This document shows, piece by piece, positions 23,290 to 36,769 of a stretch of 64,000 nt of DNA. The position numbers were made by a program, and so were the translations under genes. The stretch's first letter is position 1. Every line of letters begins with the position of its first letter. The notes under the pieces were generated by a model. It was not told the origin of the DNA and did not search any database. It was given only the letters and a program-made list of their open reading frames with translations. This DNA comes from Octopus bimaculoides (lineage: Eukaryota), in the NCBI RefSeq assembly GCF_001194135.2, contig NC_068986.1:55751118-55815117 (forward strand), written 5' to 3'.

Positions 23290-25540
23290 ATTAATGGAAT
23301 ATAAAATTCCGAGAATCACCGAGCAACACTTTACCACAAACTCATGCTATTAATTACAGCAACAGGAGACACATTAACATTATCAAGAAACTTGATTACT
23401 TTTTCAGACTGTTTTCCAGACACTGTCCACAGGAACAGAGATACCTAGTGGCAACATACATTCAAGACAGGTCAAAAATAATTAAAATCATTAATTTGTC
23501 TAACAATGAATTAACAACACAAGTTAGTATACTCTCTAAAGGACTCGAATTTACACCAAGTCCTCAACAACACAACTATAACGAAATGTGAGACGTTTCT
23601 GAATTCTGTAGAAGATTGAAATTCACCGAAGAATTGAACGACAACAACTACGATGACGAGTCGATAGTAAGAAACAACAACGGCTACAATCCACCAAGAG
23701 ATAAAAACGAAACCCATGATAATTTGTGTGAATATATTTTGAATTATTCACATTAACACACACATAAAGACAAACCAAACTTCAGGAAGAGTGAATGGGA
23801 CGACCTAAGTTTAAAGATGATAAAGAAATAATAATTAAAGAGGCCGATAAAGGAAACGCAAAATATTACAGAAATCCTGTGTTATCCATATTAGGAGACA
23901 ATGCATTCTATGAAAAAGCCCAAAACTAGGCAACAAAAATAATGAGAAACCTTAGAATATTAATGAACTAATATTAAAAACGTCTCACCAACAAGGAACA
24001 CGATTACATTACCAAATTCGGTAACCAAAATTTCGGAAACAAGCCACTGCCATATACAGCAATGTTCCTCCACCAAATTTTCAGAATTTAAAACCAATAA
24101 TATCCGATCCTGCATGCGAAACCCACCGCCTGAGCAATGTTGTTTTAGATATCCTGCTTAAACCATTTCTCAAACACTTCAGAAGCTTCATAAGACATGA
24201 CTTAGATATGCTCAATCATCTATTGAAAATAGTCAACGAAAATCTGAGAATATTTTTCGATGTAGTGAATTTCTATTCAAACAACCCTCACGACTTAAGA
24301 ATTGAAGCCATTAAATTCTGACTGGATAATTATACAAGAAAATATTCATAACATACAAGAAAACTGGAAAAGTTCCCTCGACGGTTGTTTCATTCTCTGG
24401 AATGAAAGAACAGAGAAACTAAAGGAATTTGAAACACTCCACAATGGAGCTAATGAAAACATTCAATTTCCCATGGAATATAGCCATAAGCAACTCCCAT
24501 TTTTAGACATCCTTTTAAAAAAGTCAACAAACAAATAAAGACAGACACTTACTATAAGCCTATGGATTCCAAACAATATCTTCCATTCAGTTCATGCTGT
24601 GCAAGACATACCACAATGAATGTCCCTTATTACTTAGCCAAAAGGATTTGTACAATAGTATCGGATACAAACACCCATAAGACCGTAAGAACTGAAGCAT
24701 ACAATATCCAGGAACTCAAACAAACAAAACAAAGAAATAAATCTGCCACACATCACTACTCTCAACTTCCAAAACAATGAAACCTACAACATCGTATCAC
24801 ATAATATTCCATTACTGAAAAAGGACCACAGAATGAAGCAAATCCTGCAAACACATATTATTATAAAGAGCAAAAGGCAAAAGAAACGCTCTAAGTCAAC
24901 GCATAATCCTGCATAGATCACAAATTAAAGTACAGGAATACAAACAAATAGGACTCGGTGAACATATAGACACATGTGCAGATAAGAAACAACAAAACTT
25001 TACGATTTTCCATATCTATAAAATTGCTGATGATACGACGCAACGCCGTTGCATCAACAAAGAAATGTCCTTCATAACAAAATACCAACTACACCTAAAT
25101 CTCTGTGGCAGAGGAAAGGGAGCTAACAACCATCACCAACAATATTGCAACTGAGCTATCACGATGACTACTGCTAGGTTATAGATTGACAGCTGCTATA
25201 AGCCAATACTGTTACTACTAGTTAGATGGAAGGCTGCTATAAGTATTGGGAACAATAGTTACCTCTACTACTCTCCCTCCTCCAATCACCAACAATCTAC
25301 TTGCTACCACTTTCATTAACTGGCCACCGCCGCCAGCTAGTAACATTGAGAAGGAAGCGAAATGCAACCAATGTGATCTTTATAAGAGAAGATATGTGAA
25401 CTCCCAGAACTGATATTGTGAAAGTTTACTTTAATTTACTTCAATTTTAATTTAATTTAATTTCTATTTCATTGTAGCATGAAGAGATCGTATTAAAGCG
25501 ACCGAAACCGGTAGCTGTTTTGTTAATATTGTACATATTG
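23290..25540 (+). mobile_element. Penelope-like element, near-complete but decayed and internally deleted
   Basis: Motifs in order: LSKGLEFTPSP; KEADKGN; PACETHRL; FDVVNFYSN; WKSSLDGCFILW (degenerate YLDD); QLPFLDILL; YKPMDSKQYLPFSSC; then a GIY-YIG-region remnant (GEHIDTCA..FTIF.IYK), a 3' UTR, and a hammerhead-like motif at 25475. Confidence 0.9.
25475..25517 (+). ncRNA. Hammerhead-like motif (A3 core variant) at PLE 3' end
   Basis: tagc-ATGAAGA-GATCG(tattaaag)CGACC-GAAAC-CG-GTA-gctg; stem III palindrome ACCGGT. Confidence 0.6.
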
Positions 25541-25979
25541 TCTTTATGGTTTCCATGATAAAGATCACTCAGCACTTTTTCTTTTTACTTTTTCAATACG
25601 TACATATGGAGAGGGGTGTATGTACGGGGACGTATGTCTATGTAGATATATATGTGTGTGTGTATGTCTTTGTATTTATGTATGCATATGTCTTTGTATT
25701 TATGTGTGCATACACACACATACACACGCATGCACGCGCACATTCACACTTTCAATTCCTAACTATTACAAATAAATCGCAACAGAAAACCTATCAACTG
25801 ATTAATTGGTTGTTTAGTTATAAGTTGTTGACATATGTTTTATATTATGTTGGGATGGACATTGTACTGAAAGGAGCGATGGACAAACACATTTCAGTTT
25901 ATGGCTTGTTCACTTTGCTTACAAATAAGTACCAAGCGCTCATAAAGTGAAATAAGAAACTAAACGGATCAACATCCAG

Positions 25980-26860
25980 AACGGTATATTTATATAAAAT
26001 CTTTGCAATACAAAAACTCCATTACCAGAGGCATAGACAATTACAAAAGAAATAACAAAAACATAGTGACCACCAAAGACACAAATAACTACCTGAATTC
26101 ACATGAAGACAGTGAATGTCAAGGAAGATACAAAGTGGCATTAATAAAATCTTTAGAGACTTTCCTTCACAATCGAGATACTACTCAGTGAAATCCACTG
26201 AATGAAACACAACCTAATTAACGAGTATTTTAACAAAATGATAAACTAAACCGTAGAACAATAAAAGAAATACGGTAATTACATCAGTCAACGAGTATTT
26301 TAACAAACTGATAAGCCAAGTCAAGGAACAATGCAGTCAGAAATTCGACGCGATAATTACATCAGACAATACACCTATTAAAACTACAGTAGCTGCGCAT
26401 AAAGTGTATAGTAAGAATCAAATGTACGCCAACAATAGAGAAGATTAACCCATTATAAACACCTCATAAAACAGAAAACAAGATGCATTACGCCATATCA
26501 AAAACTAACACAATATATTACAAAAACAAATTAAAATGTATCTTATCAATAACAGACCACATGCAAGTAATCCCAGAAATAAACTACTAGTGATCAGTGT
26601 GGTTTATTAATTCGATTACAAATGTGAAAGCTGTAAACTAAGTAACTTCATCTACTATATTGACAATAAAGTGTAATACTCTCCCGCTAGCTGAACATGA
26701 ATTTATTTACAACAAGGAGCAATTGCAATAAACAACAGCGCTCTCAACAAAGCAAAACTAAATAGGAAAATAATAGTGGACAACACATTTGTACACTGCC
26801 GAATTCTCCACAAAATAGACGATTAATTATAAATGCAATACTTATAATAGCTCATTGTAG
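25980..26860 (+). mobile_element. Highly decayed Penelope-like relic
   Basis: A-rich coding-like sequence with VDNTF (similar to YVDDTF) near 26778; internal ~70-bp tandem duplication at about 26220/26291. Confidence 0.3.
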
Positions 26861-26932
26861 TTTTAATTGCTGACGTGTACGTGCATGTATGTATGTATGC
26901 ATGTATGTATGTATGCATGCATGCATGAATGC

Positions 26933-26968
<36 letters not shown>

Positions 26969-28692
26969 CTATCTATCTACAAACATATTTAGTCTAAAAT
27001 TTTCGTATTCAACTACTAGAAATTTAGCTGAGATTTTAGCAGCACATAATATACAGAGATTTAGGGACTATTTCAACTCAAAATCTATAAACAAGAGTGG
27101 AATCGATAACGTGTACTGTGAAATTAACTCTAATGATAATTTTCCTGTCTTTAAGTAAAAGTAATTCCGACTCTGATAATACAGTTAAGTTAATATCTAG
27201 TTTTAATAATGATAATAATAATTTTAAAAAAAGAGAAAAAAAAAGAAAAAGAAAAAAAAAATCCAAAAGAAAAAGAAAAAGAAATTCAGAAATTCAAAAA
27301 TCTAACAAAGTGAACATCTTTTCCTCCTACTATTCCCAAAGACTGGAATATCTACAATTTCCAGTGAATATTTTAAATCTCCCTCAAAATAAAATAAGTT
27401 AGGAAACTTACATACCTACAGCTTTCGAACACAAACAATCAGCTTAAAAAAAGAAAAAGAAANNNNNNNNNNNNNNNNNNNNNNNNNNNNNNNNNNNNNN
27501 NNNNNNNNNNNNNNNNNNNNNNNNNNNNNNNNNNNNNNNNNNNNNNNNNNNNNNNNNNNNNNNNNNNNNNNNNNNNNNNNNNNNNNNNNNNNNNNNNNNN
27601 NNNNNNNNNNNNNNNNNNNNNNNNNNNNNNNNNNNNNNNNNNNNNNNNNNNNNNNNNNNNNNNNNNNNNNNNNNNNNNNNNNNNNNNNNNNNNNNNNNNN
27701 NNNNNNNNNNNNNNNNNNNNNNNNNNNNNNNNNNNNNNNNNNNNNNNNNNNNNNNNNNNNNNNNNNNNNNNNNNNNNNNNNNNNNNNNNNNNNNNNNNNN
27801 NNNNNNNNNNNNNNNNNNNNNNNNNNNNNNNNNNNNNNNNNNNNNNNNNNNNNNNNNNNNNNNNNNNNNNNNNNNNNNNNNNNNNNNNNNNNNNNNNNNN
27901 NNNNNNNNNNNNNNNNNNNNNNNNNNNNNNNNNNNNNNNNNNNNNNNNNNNNNNNNNNNNNNNNNNNNNNNNNNNNNNNNNNNNNNNNNNNNNNNNNNNN
28001 NNNNNNNNNNNNNNNNNNNNNNNNNNNNNNNNNNNNNNNNNNNNNNNNNNNNNNNNNNNNNNNNNNNNNNNNNNNNNNNNNNNNNNNNNNNNNNNATATT
28101 TATATATTATGGGTTTTTTTCTACCAGTAATTACAAATAGAACGGGTTGAATTGCTTCTTTTCAAGGCAGCGCTCCCAGTATCCACTGGTAGTAGTAAAC
28201 ACATTTGACCTCTGTTGACCTAAAAAGTGCGAAGAGTCCTTTGTCTCTATGGCTGACCTCCCCACCATCTGCCGAATCTATTTATAAACCTGTAGAATAT
28301 GATCTATTCACCAAACTGCTACCCAACATTTCCCTAAAACAATGGCGGTGGTGGTGACGATGATAATGATAAAAATGAAAATAACAATATGATGTAGCTG
28401 CTAATACTAAATACTAATAACACTACATTAACACTACAACTACTACTATCATGATAGCACAGGAATTTGAGGCTCAAGTACAACCCTTACCACTACCCCC
28501 TACCCTATGCTACTGTTGTTGTTGCTGCAACTACCGCTGCCACTACACATAAAAACAATAATATCAGTGATATCAGTGATGATAATAATGAAAGGAAACA
28601 GGTGGAGCCTCCTCCTCCTCATGAGCTAATTAATGATACATCTAGCAAAATCTCAACAATGTCTGAGAAGCTCAGGACACAAAGCAGACTGA

Positions 28693-29090
28693 AGCCTCCC
28701 CACCAGAAATTACCAAAAACATATAATGAAAAGAAACATAACAAGTAACTGCAGAATATGTGGAGATGGAGTAGAAACAATAAGCCATATTGTCTCTGGC
28801 TGCCCAGTCCTGGCTAAGAAAGAATATATTCAGTTGGGACCTATATACACTGAAAGTTATATACACTGAAAGTTATGCCAACACTATGGAATAAAAACAG
28901 AAAAAAGATGATATAGGCACACGCCAAAAAAGGTTACAGAAAATGAGAAAGCAACCATACTATGGGATATGCCAATACACACAGAGAAATTAAGGCTAAT
29001 AGGCCGGATATAGTTGTCAGAGATCACGAAGAAAAAAAAATGCTCTCTAATCGATGTATCTATACCAACAGACGACAACGTTTCTCTACA
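28693..29090 (+). mobile_element. R4/Dong/Rex6-type LINE fragment (CCHC knuckle and RLE)
   Basis: SLPTRNYQKHIMKRNITSNCRICGDGVETISHIVSGCPVLAKKEYI..ENEKATILWDMPIHT..EIKANRPDIVVRDHEEKKCSLIDVSIPTDDNVSL (PD..D endonuclease motif). Confidence 0.92.
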
Positions 29091-29129
29091 TACATACATA
29101 AACCATTGCTTTTCTCTTTTGCAGATACC

Positions 29130-29940
29130 TATCTTTAAATAAGTTAAAATATGTGGCCTATCTGATATTCAAAGTGGATAAATTGTTGACGCGCTGATGG
29201 CTAGAGCTTCAGTCTCTAAAATTGTGGGCTGGCTTAATGTTTTGCGGGATACAGTCTCTAATATCACCTTGACATTCCAAAACCAAGGTGAAAGCAGCTC
29301 TGGCAGGCATAAAGCTCACAGAGTGGGGCTGCCTGAATAGCGAAACGTTTTGTATCTAAAAATCGTCGAATCCCGTAAACAAAAGTGACAGCGGATCTAA
29401 ACAACTAGCTCGATAACCTTGTGTCAACTAAAACTATTCGTTCTGAGTTCCGTAAATTTAGGAAGCATGCGGTTGCTAAACTTCTCCTGTCCCCCATCAA
29501 CACTAATAAGCGGGAAAATGGTGTTTAGACTATTAGGAGTAATAATGGTTCAATGTCAACTTCTCTAATGAATCATCATTCACCCTTTCTACTCACTTCG
29601 GGGCGAATTTATGTCCAGAAATAGAACAAAGAATCCTCAAACCGAACTGTTTTGCTCCAACCATGAAGCGTGGAGATAACTCAGTGATGATTTGAGTAGC
29701 CATATCACAGAAGTTTTTTGGTCCCTTAATTGTTCTCGTGCCAAAGTTAATGCCATGGATTATCTGAATAGTTTGGCTGATCATGTTCATCTAATGGTAC
29801 AGACATTGTTCCCTGACGGTAGCACAATCTTCCACGGCAAGGGCCGATTCATACAGCTATTGTTATTAAAAATTGGTACGTAGAGCACAAAAGTAAAGCA
29901 GACCAATTAGATTGGCCGCCGCAACATAATCGAACATTTA
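29130..29940 (+). mobile_element. Tc1-family transposase relic
   Basis: Reconstructable motifs: LSDIQSG.IV..LMARASV (HTH), SGRIYV, CFAPTMKRG..SV, LADHVHLMVQTLFPDG..IF, IHTA, DWPPQ..IIEHL. Frameshifted. Confidence 0.8.
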
Positions 29941-29941
29941 T

Positions 29942-30150
29942 AAGGCGGCGAGTTGGCAAAATCGTTAGCACGCCGGGTAAAACGCTCAGCAGCATTTTGT
30001 CCATTTTTACTTTCTAGGTTGAAATTCTGTCAAGGTCGACTTTGCCTTTTATCCTATCGAGGTCGATAAAATAGGTACCAGTTGAACACTGGGGTCGATC
30101 TAATCGACTTACCTCTTCCCCCGAAATTACTGACCTTGTGCCAAAATTTG
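29942..30150 (+). mobile_element. SINE family B
   Basis: aaggcggcgagttggcaaaatcgttagcacgccggg..gtcgactttgcctttt..ggggtcgatctaatcgact. Confidence 0.9.
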
Positions 30151-31317
30151 AAATGAATATTTGGGCGTAGACTAATCAGTAATGGAGTCAGCACATTTTT
30201 CGTGATAATAGTATATAACTGGCCAAATGGTGGCTGTGTCTATAAATATAACAGTAAATTCGGTCCTAGTCCTTCCTTATCTTTTCCCTGACGAAACCCA
30301 CATCGGTGTCTTGCGATACGACTTTATCACTTGCGGAAACAGGGTCTCTGTCGTGAGTTATGAATGTAATTTGGGGTCTATGTTTATATATGATGAGAAC
30401 ACCCTGAAAGCGGAATCCACGAGGGGGATAAAATAATCAAAACACATACACACACACACACATTCTCTATAGTTATATTATTCTCTTCAGCTGAACCTTT
30501 TACTCCCAAAATATGCTTTAGGTCTATTGTGAAATTCTGTTCCCATAGTTATAGTATGTACATATGATATGATATAATATAATATGATATAATATAACTT
30601 ATAAGTATAATGTATGTATACATACATGTGTATGTGTGTCATCGCAATCCAACAGACACTAACCATCACGTACCACCATCTTACACCAGCCATCATGAAG
30701 CGACCATTACAGTACACCACATACAAATGATACAATACACTATAAGAACCAACCATCATACAGAAACTATCAGACACCAACCATCACTCACCAATCATCA
30801 CACAGAAACCATTTGCTTTAATACTAATGGTCTTGACCAATTTTGAAAATTCCATATAGAGAAATGCTGCAAGGTAAAAGATTCTACAAGATTCTGAATT
30901 GCAGACGTAACCCAATTAGAAACAAAACTATGCAATGGCTTCTTATAACGAAGCAGTTTGCTCGAGAATGTTGACTAGCTAATATTTTCTTATTCATTCG
31001 GTTATTTGATTAATCAATCAGCTTCTATTTCGCACGTTTGTCGATGTGCAATAAAGATGATTGTTTAGCAACTACGTGATCTTGGGTTCAATCCGGCTAC
31101 GCAGTACCTTAGGTAAGTGCAGTCTACTATAGCTTCCGATCAGCCGAAATCTATCTGACGAAATTTGTTAAATAGAAATTGTATAGAGCGTCGAGTCACC
31201 GTTTTGTTTGTTATCGACTGACTTATGATATCGGAATAAGTGGATAAAAGATTTATTATTCAAGAAGATTTTTTTTTATTTAAGATGATTTAAAAATAAA
31301 TATCTAAAATAAATATA

Positions 31318-31752
31318 TAGGCGTAGGAGTGGGTGTGTGGTAAGTAGCTTGCTTACCAACCACATGGTTCCGGGTTCAGTCTCATTGCGTGGCACCTTGG
31401 GCAAGTGTCTTCTACTATAGCCTCGAGCCGACCAAAGCCTTGTGAGTGGATTTGGTAGACGGAAACTGAAAGAAGCCCGTCGTATATATATATNNNNNNN
31501 NNNNNNNNNNNNNNNNNNNNNNNNNNNNNNNNNNNNNNNNNNNNNNNNNNNNNNNNNNNNNNNNNNNNNNNNNNNNNNNNNNNNNNNNNNNNNNNNNNNN
31601 NNNNNNNNNNNNNNNNNNNNNNNNNNNNNNNNNNNNNNNNNNNNNNNNNNNNNNNNNNNNNNNNNNNNNNNNNNNNTCGATTTGCTCGACTAAAGGCGGT
31701 ACTCCAGCAAGGTCACAGTCAAATGAATGAAACAAGTAAAAGAGTAAAAGAG
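31318..31752 (+). mobile_element. SINE family A spanning an assembly gap at its internal microsatellite
   Basis: Head ggcgtaggagtgggtgtgtggtaagtagcttgcttaccaaccacatggttccgggttcagt.., body ..gaaactgaaagaagcccgtcg(ta)n NNN, tail ..gaaacaagtaaaagagtaaaagagta. Confidence 0.92.
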
Positions 31753-32096
31753 TATCTATATATTAGAATAAAAGTTTCGGTAGAATTGTATGTTGGTACT
31801 GGGCGTATATGAGAAGCTAGGGTGTTATGTTTGGCCAATATGACTGGCGGTATTGATGTGTAAGTAGGTAGGAAGCCGTTTTATTATGATCACTGATTGT
31901 ATCAATAAATGGTTATAGTTATCATCATTAATGAAGTATGAATTATTTATTTAAAGTGAATTAAAAGTTATTCACTTATTACAATCAAAGATTCAAACAT
32001 TTTTATATCTTCTGTTTCACGTCATCACCCGGATATTGCTATGGGAAAAGGTTTTGTCCCCAAGTAATTAAAAACGTGGCTTCTACTGTTTATTGA

Positions 32097-32134
<38 letters not shown>

Positions 32135-32329
32135 TGTATAAAGAACCAGTCGTCACTCGCGAATAATTATGGTTTGGAAACATGTACCATGCTTGTGTTT
32201 ATTATTTTACATGTCTGTGCGTAATCGCGAGCAAACATAGGCACCCTCTCGATTCTCCCGCCTTTTGACCCAGCGACACATTCAGGATGTGACAAATGGA
32301 GGAAGTGAGCGCTACACCAGTACTCAGTA

Positions 32330-32460
32330 TTCATTTTCAGGTGAATAAACTGGGCAACGTGAAATTAAGTACCTGCTCAAAGAGACAATGCACCACCCGG
32401 TCCTTGAATTGAACCAACGGCATTATGATCGTGAGCCTTATATCTTAACCACTAGCGCAT
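32330..32460 (-). mobile_element. tRNA-derived SINE family C fragment
   Basis: Homologous to 57665-57792; reverse-strand tRNA-like head (..ggttaaga..ggctcacgatcataa..ggttcaattc). Confidence 0.55.
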
Positions 32461-32490
32461 TTCCTAATTGTCTGTCTGTCTATCTGTATC

Positions 32491-32595
<105 letters not shown>

Positions 32596-32879
32596 TTAAT
32601 ATTTATGAGTAGTAGTAATTGTATAACTTCTGAGTTTCATTGTTATTGGCTTTTCAAAAACTGTTTTGAAAAGCTACTATTGGTGAAACTTGAAAGTAAA
32701 TAGTTTACTGTTGATAAATATTGTTTAAACTCTACAGTCAGTATTGAGTCCTTTATTGAGAGTATGTGCAGTGAAGCCATTCTCCCACCAGAGTAAAATA
32801 TTTCTGTTTTGTTTGAGTTCAAATTTTGCTGTGGTCACTTTTATAATCAGGGTAGAAAATTAAGCAGTAGCAATGTACT

Positions 32880-33260
32880 AATACGAAACGTTTTCTTTTA
32901 AGTGTTTCACAGAACATTTTTCAAAAGAAATTGGAAATAAATTCATTCGGCACCACTTCATTCGCCCTTTTCTGGAAGTACCGATGTGTAGGGGGAAGCA
33001 CTTAGAAAACAAGTTTTCATTCAAAGATCGATTCCTTTGATCCATTGATCTATTTCTTCTATTTATTCGCATGTGTAATTTCCTTAAATGTGAAAAAGAA
33101 TGGATTCTTTTGAAGATTATTTCGTTTGATAAACTACACGGGGTCTAAAATGCGAGTGTTGTACAAAAGTGGTAAGCTACCGGCTCGTTGAGTCCATGTA
33201 TAATTTCTTTTTCTCGGTTCAGCTATTTCACTGCTTTTATTTCCAACAAAATTCAGTAAC
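32880..33260 (-). mobile_element. Mariner-like transposase C-terminal relic
   Basis: Minus-strand remnants resembling '..IDQWI..K....F..GI..LPEKW..VV' after a decayed SPDLAPSD region. Confidence 0.4.
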
Positions 33261-33854
33261 GTAAAGAGAAACGGTCTGTGTCAGGCTGATTAGCCCTTGA
33301 TATATTATATGAAGATGGGATATTCTGTTGTCATCCAACAATCGATGATAGATTACATGACGTTTTTATTCCAATAGAAAAGTGAATGCCAGCGTGTTTA
33401 ATCTAATATAGATGCAACATCAATTTTCTGGAATCTTTAGTTTCAAAGCCTCCCCAGATTGCTGATACTTTCGGACAAGAAGTCACAACTTGGTCACAAC
33501 ACTCTGAATTAAATACTCTAAATTTACTTACATAATTAAACGAAATACAAGACTTGTATGTTAGTATAAGTAAGTTTATTAATACTGTACTGTGCAAAGT
33601 ATTAGTTTGTGCAAGATACCAGTAAACTACTTTGGAGGCCGCGGAAATTTGAAGTACCTGCTCTTAAATAAATGCAGATTAGAAGAGGTTCTGGTCCATC
33701 AATGCTCAGAGAATGGGATACCTGTACATTTAGAAATTTTAATTACTCAAAGTTACATACTGAGTGGTGGGAACGGTCATTAGCATTGCTAATAAGTTTA
33801 CTCCGCTTCCTCCTATCGTTGATGAATCGGTCTTCCTCTTAAGTTTACATTTGT

Positions 33855-34040
33855 GCTTTATCTTTCACTTGTTTCAGTCATTACACTGTGATCATGTTGG
33901 GACACCGCCTTGCAGTGTTTAGTCGAACAAATCGATCTCAGTACTGATTTCTATGTCTGGTACTTATTCTAGCGATCTCTTTTGATGAACAAACTATCAC
34001 CGGTTGTCAAATAGCGGCGGGTGCAGAAACACAATCATAA
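33855..34040 (-). mobile_element. SINE family A 3' portion
   Basis: cttgtttcagtcatt..caccgccttg..ttagtcgaacaaatcga.. matches 3430-3620. Confidence 0.8.
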
Positions 34041-34155
34041 AGACACATACACATGCGCATGCATATATATATATATATATATATANNNNNNNNNNNNNNN
34101 NNNNNNNNNNNNNNNNNNNNNNNNNNNNNNNNNNNNNNNNNNNNNNNNNNNNNNN

Positions 34156-34322
34156 ATTATGTCAGAAAAATGTTATAAAATGTTTTTGGTATATAAACAT
34201 TGTATTTGGAGAAATAACCGGTTTCGTGTTGTCTTTTCAAATTTCTCTACTTCATTGTAACATGTTCTCCAAATACAATGTTTATATACCAACACAATTT
34301 TATAACATTTTTCTGACATAAT
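34156..34322. repeat. Fold-back (MITE-like) inverted repeat, 58-bp arms
   Basis: 34156-34213 is a near-perfect reverse complement of 34265-34322, with a ~51-bp spacer. The left edge abuts an N-gap. Confidence 0.85.
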
Positions 34323-34420
34323 TTAAATATATACTTTAACCATGTAACACAAGCCTTCTGTAGTTTTTTCACTCTTATTATCTTTTATACATCCAACCAC
34401 GTGCTTTCACATACCAACTT

Positions 34421-34476
<56 letters not shown>

Positions 34477-34609
34477 GTATATATATATAATGTGTGTGTG
34501 TGTGTGTGTGTGTATGAACCATATAACTATGCAACGCCTATATATTTATATGTGTATGTTTTTTTCTGTTTTGTTTGTTAATTGCTGAGTCTAGGAGAAG
34601 AGGCAATGT

Positions 34610-35430
34610 TGATAGCGTTTGAAGGTCTTCCTGAATCGAAGAAATCGATATCATTAATGTTATTGTTGAACCTCTACTAGTCAACAATTGCGGATAGACA
34701 TAGGAAGAGATGGAATTCCAGAGGATCGAAGGGTGGACTGGGCGTACAAATTAGTGTGAGGTTTGGGAGACACTACAAGAGCAATAAGAAGAGAGGGAGG
34801 GATTTGTCTGAAATTCCTTAATAGAGGTAGCATGAGCCCAACAAGCTAAAAGAGACGGGACCTCTATGGTAGCAGTAGACAAAGCTGAAAAAAGCATCAG
34901 AGCGCCTGTGAGCCAGAAATTGGAGAGTGTGTGTGAGTGAGTCTATGCAAATCAGACGTCTGGCCCTTTTCAGGTTACAGTAAAAAATGACTCTGTATAC
35001 AGCAGGAGAACCGTCCTAAATATGAGTGCAATATTCCAACATCGGCCTCATCTGAAGAGAAAGGCCAGTGGTTGGGAGACAGTCCTGGCAGTTGAGGATG
35101 TGCTTTCTTCAGGAAAAATCCTCGGCGATAGTGAGCCCCCAAAATTGAAGCGATTGTAAGGGCTTCATTTGAGTGATTAAGGGATGTGTTGCGATGATGT
35201 TTTCTTTGTGATTTGTATTTGTGTTTCCTTGCAGTAAAAAAAGCAAAACTAATGTAGACTCATTGGAGGATGCTTTCGAAATCTCTGTTCATGGAATCAA
35301 TGTTGGTTTGGCGCATGGTATCCAGTTTCGAAGTGGATGACGCATGGTTCTGGAATGTTGAGGACGAATTAAGAGTAGTGATATCTGCGTAGGAGTAGAA
35401 GTTGTTGGACCTGGCGGATGATTAAGTTAT
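34610..35430 (-). mobile_element. CR1-clade LINE relic (RT to 3' end)
   Basis: Minus strand: SYADITT (YADD), MRPMLEYCTHI*DGSP, LAHRRSDAFFSFVYCYH, ILWNSI, all CR1 C-terminal motifs. Confidence 0.8.
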
Positions 35431-35589
35431 TTGTGTATAGAAATGAGTCAGGGATAAAAACGAACCCCGTGGCACCCTAAAGTCGATAGAATGAGGGACA
35501 GAAAGAACTTCATATCGACGCACACAATGATAGGATGGTACTGAGCTAAGCGATGTAAGAGGTGGGGACCTATAGACGGGTAGTTTCGA

Positions 35590-35760
35590 TAATAGTTTGT
35601 TTATGTCTCCGTAACTTAATGGTGCTGCAAAAAGGGGCCGATAGAATAAGTACCCTGCTTTGAAAAGATAAATACTGGGGTTGATTCATTCGACTAAAAG
35701 TTCTTTAAGGCGATGCCCCTGCATGACCGCCGTTTAATGGCTGAAACAAGTAAAAGATAA
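35590..35760 (+). mobile_element. SINE family A 3' portion
   Basis: ..ccgtaacttaatgg..gatagaataagtacc..ggggttgattcattcgactaaaa..gaaacaagtaaaagataa. Confidence 0.8.
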
Positions 35761-35808
<48 letters not shown>

Positions 35809-36769
35809 CGTGCGTGCGTGTGCATGCATCATATGTGTTGGTATCTATCGTTTTGTATAATTTGTTTATGCTGGTTTGAGTTGTAGAAATTTTTTTCCCA
35901 TTGTTGATGTTTCTTAGGAATATCTAACCATGATTTTGTACACTAGAATAACAACTTAGAACAACTAGCAATGTAATATCATCATGAAACACAATAGATA
36001 AGTTAGTCTTAATTTATTTAATGCAGTGAACATTAATAAATTAATTTGAAATAATTATATAGTAAAATAAAGACAAAACAAAAATACTATTTGTCAATGA
36101 CCAATATTGTTTTAGTTAATTTTTTTAAACAGCGGAGAAAACTCTAGATGTATTTCGTTATTACACTTTGGCCTCCTCAACGAAGCATAGACTTCGTGTC
36201 GAAATAATGATAGCAGAATCACTAAAATAAGTGTAAAAGTTTGTGTAGACGCTGGTGTAGGAAATAATATTATTAAAAGCCATCATTTTGTCCATCTATT
36301 CTAATGACATTCATCAAAGAAATCTAACTAAAAATGCTTTCAAATCTATTGTTTTAAGAGACTATTGTTCGAAATGTCTGCATCCCTGGACAGCGTAGTG
36401 ATTAAGGTTATTTAAGCTAATAGACATAGATTTTTGTTGTTATTGTTGTTGAATAATGTTTTAAAAAATATTTTAACATATTTTTCAAATTTCTATTGTC
36501 TTCAGTGTTATCTGTGGTGAATGACCATTTGAAGATAAAAAAAATAATGCCAACACAAACTATGAATGAAATTAACGATACAACTTACGTAATTAGTGGT
36601 CACAGAATAAAATAAATCTTGCCACATTGATGATAGAATGCAAAGTGGTGGAGCGGGTGATAGTGCTTCAATTCAAGTTTTTAAAAGAAAAAATGTCTGA
36701 AAACATTCATCGAAAGTTATTGCCAACCAAGTGATTAGATTGCTTTTGATGTAGACACAAAGCGAATAG

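Noticed and set aside
30283-30357. CTGACGA...GAAACAGGGTCTCTGTC hammerhead-like string
   Set aside because: Stem III is plausible, but stem II does not close and stem I is weak; kept out pending a covariance search.
36150-36700. Possible hAT (Charlie/Buster-like) transposase remnant
   Set aside because: No motif could be reconstructed convincingly.
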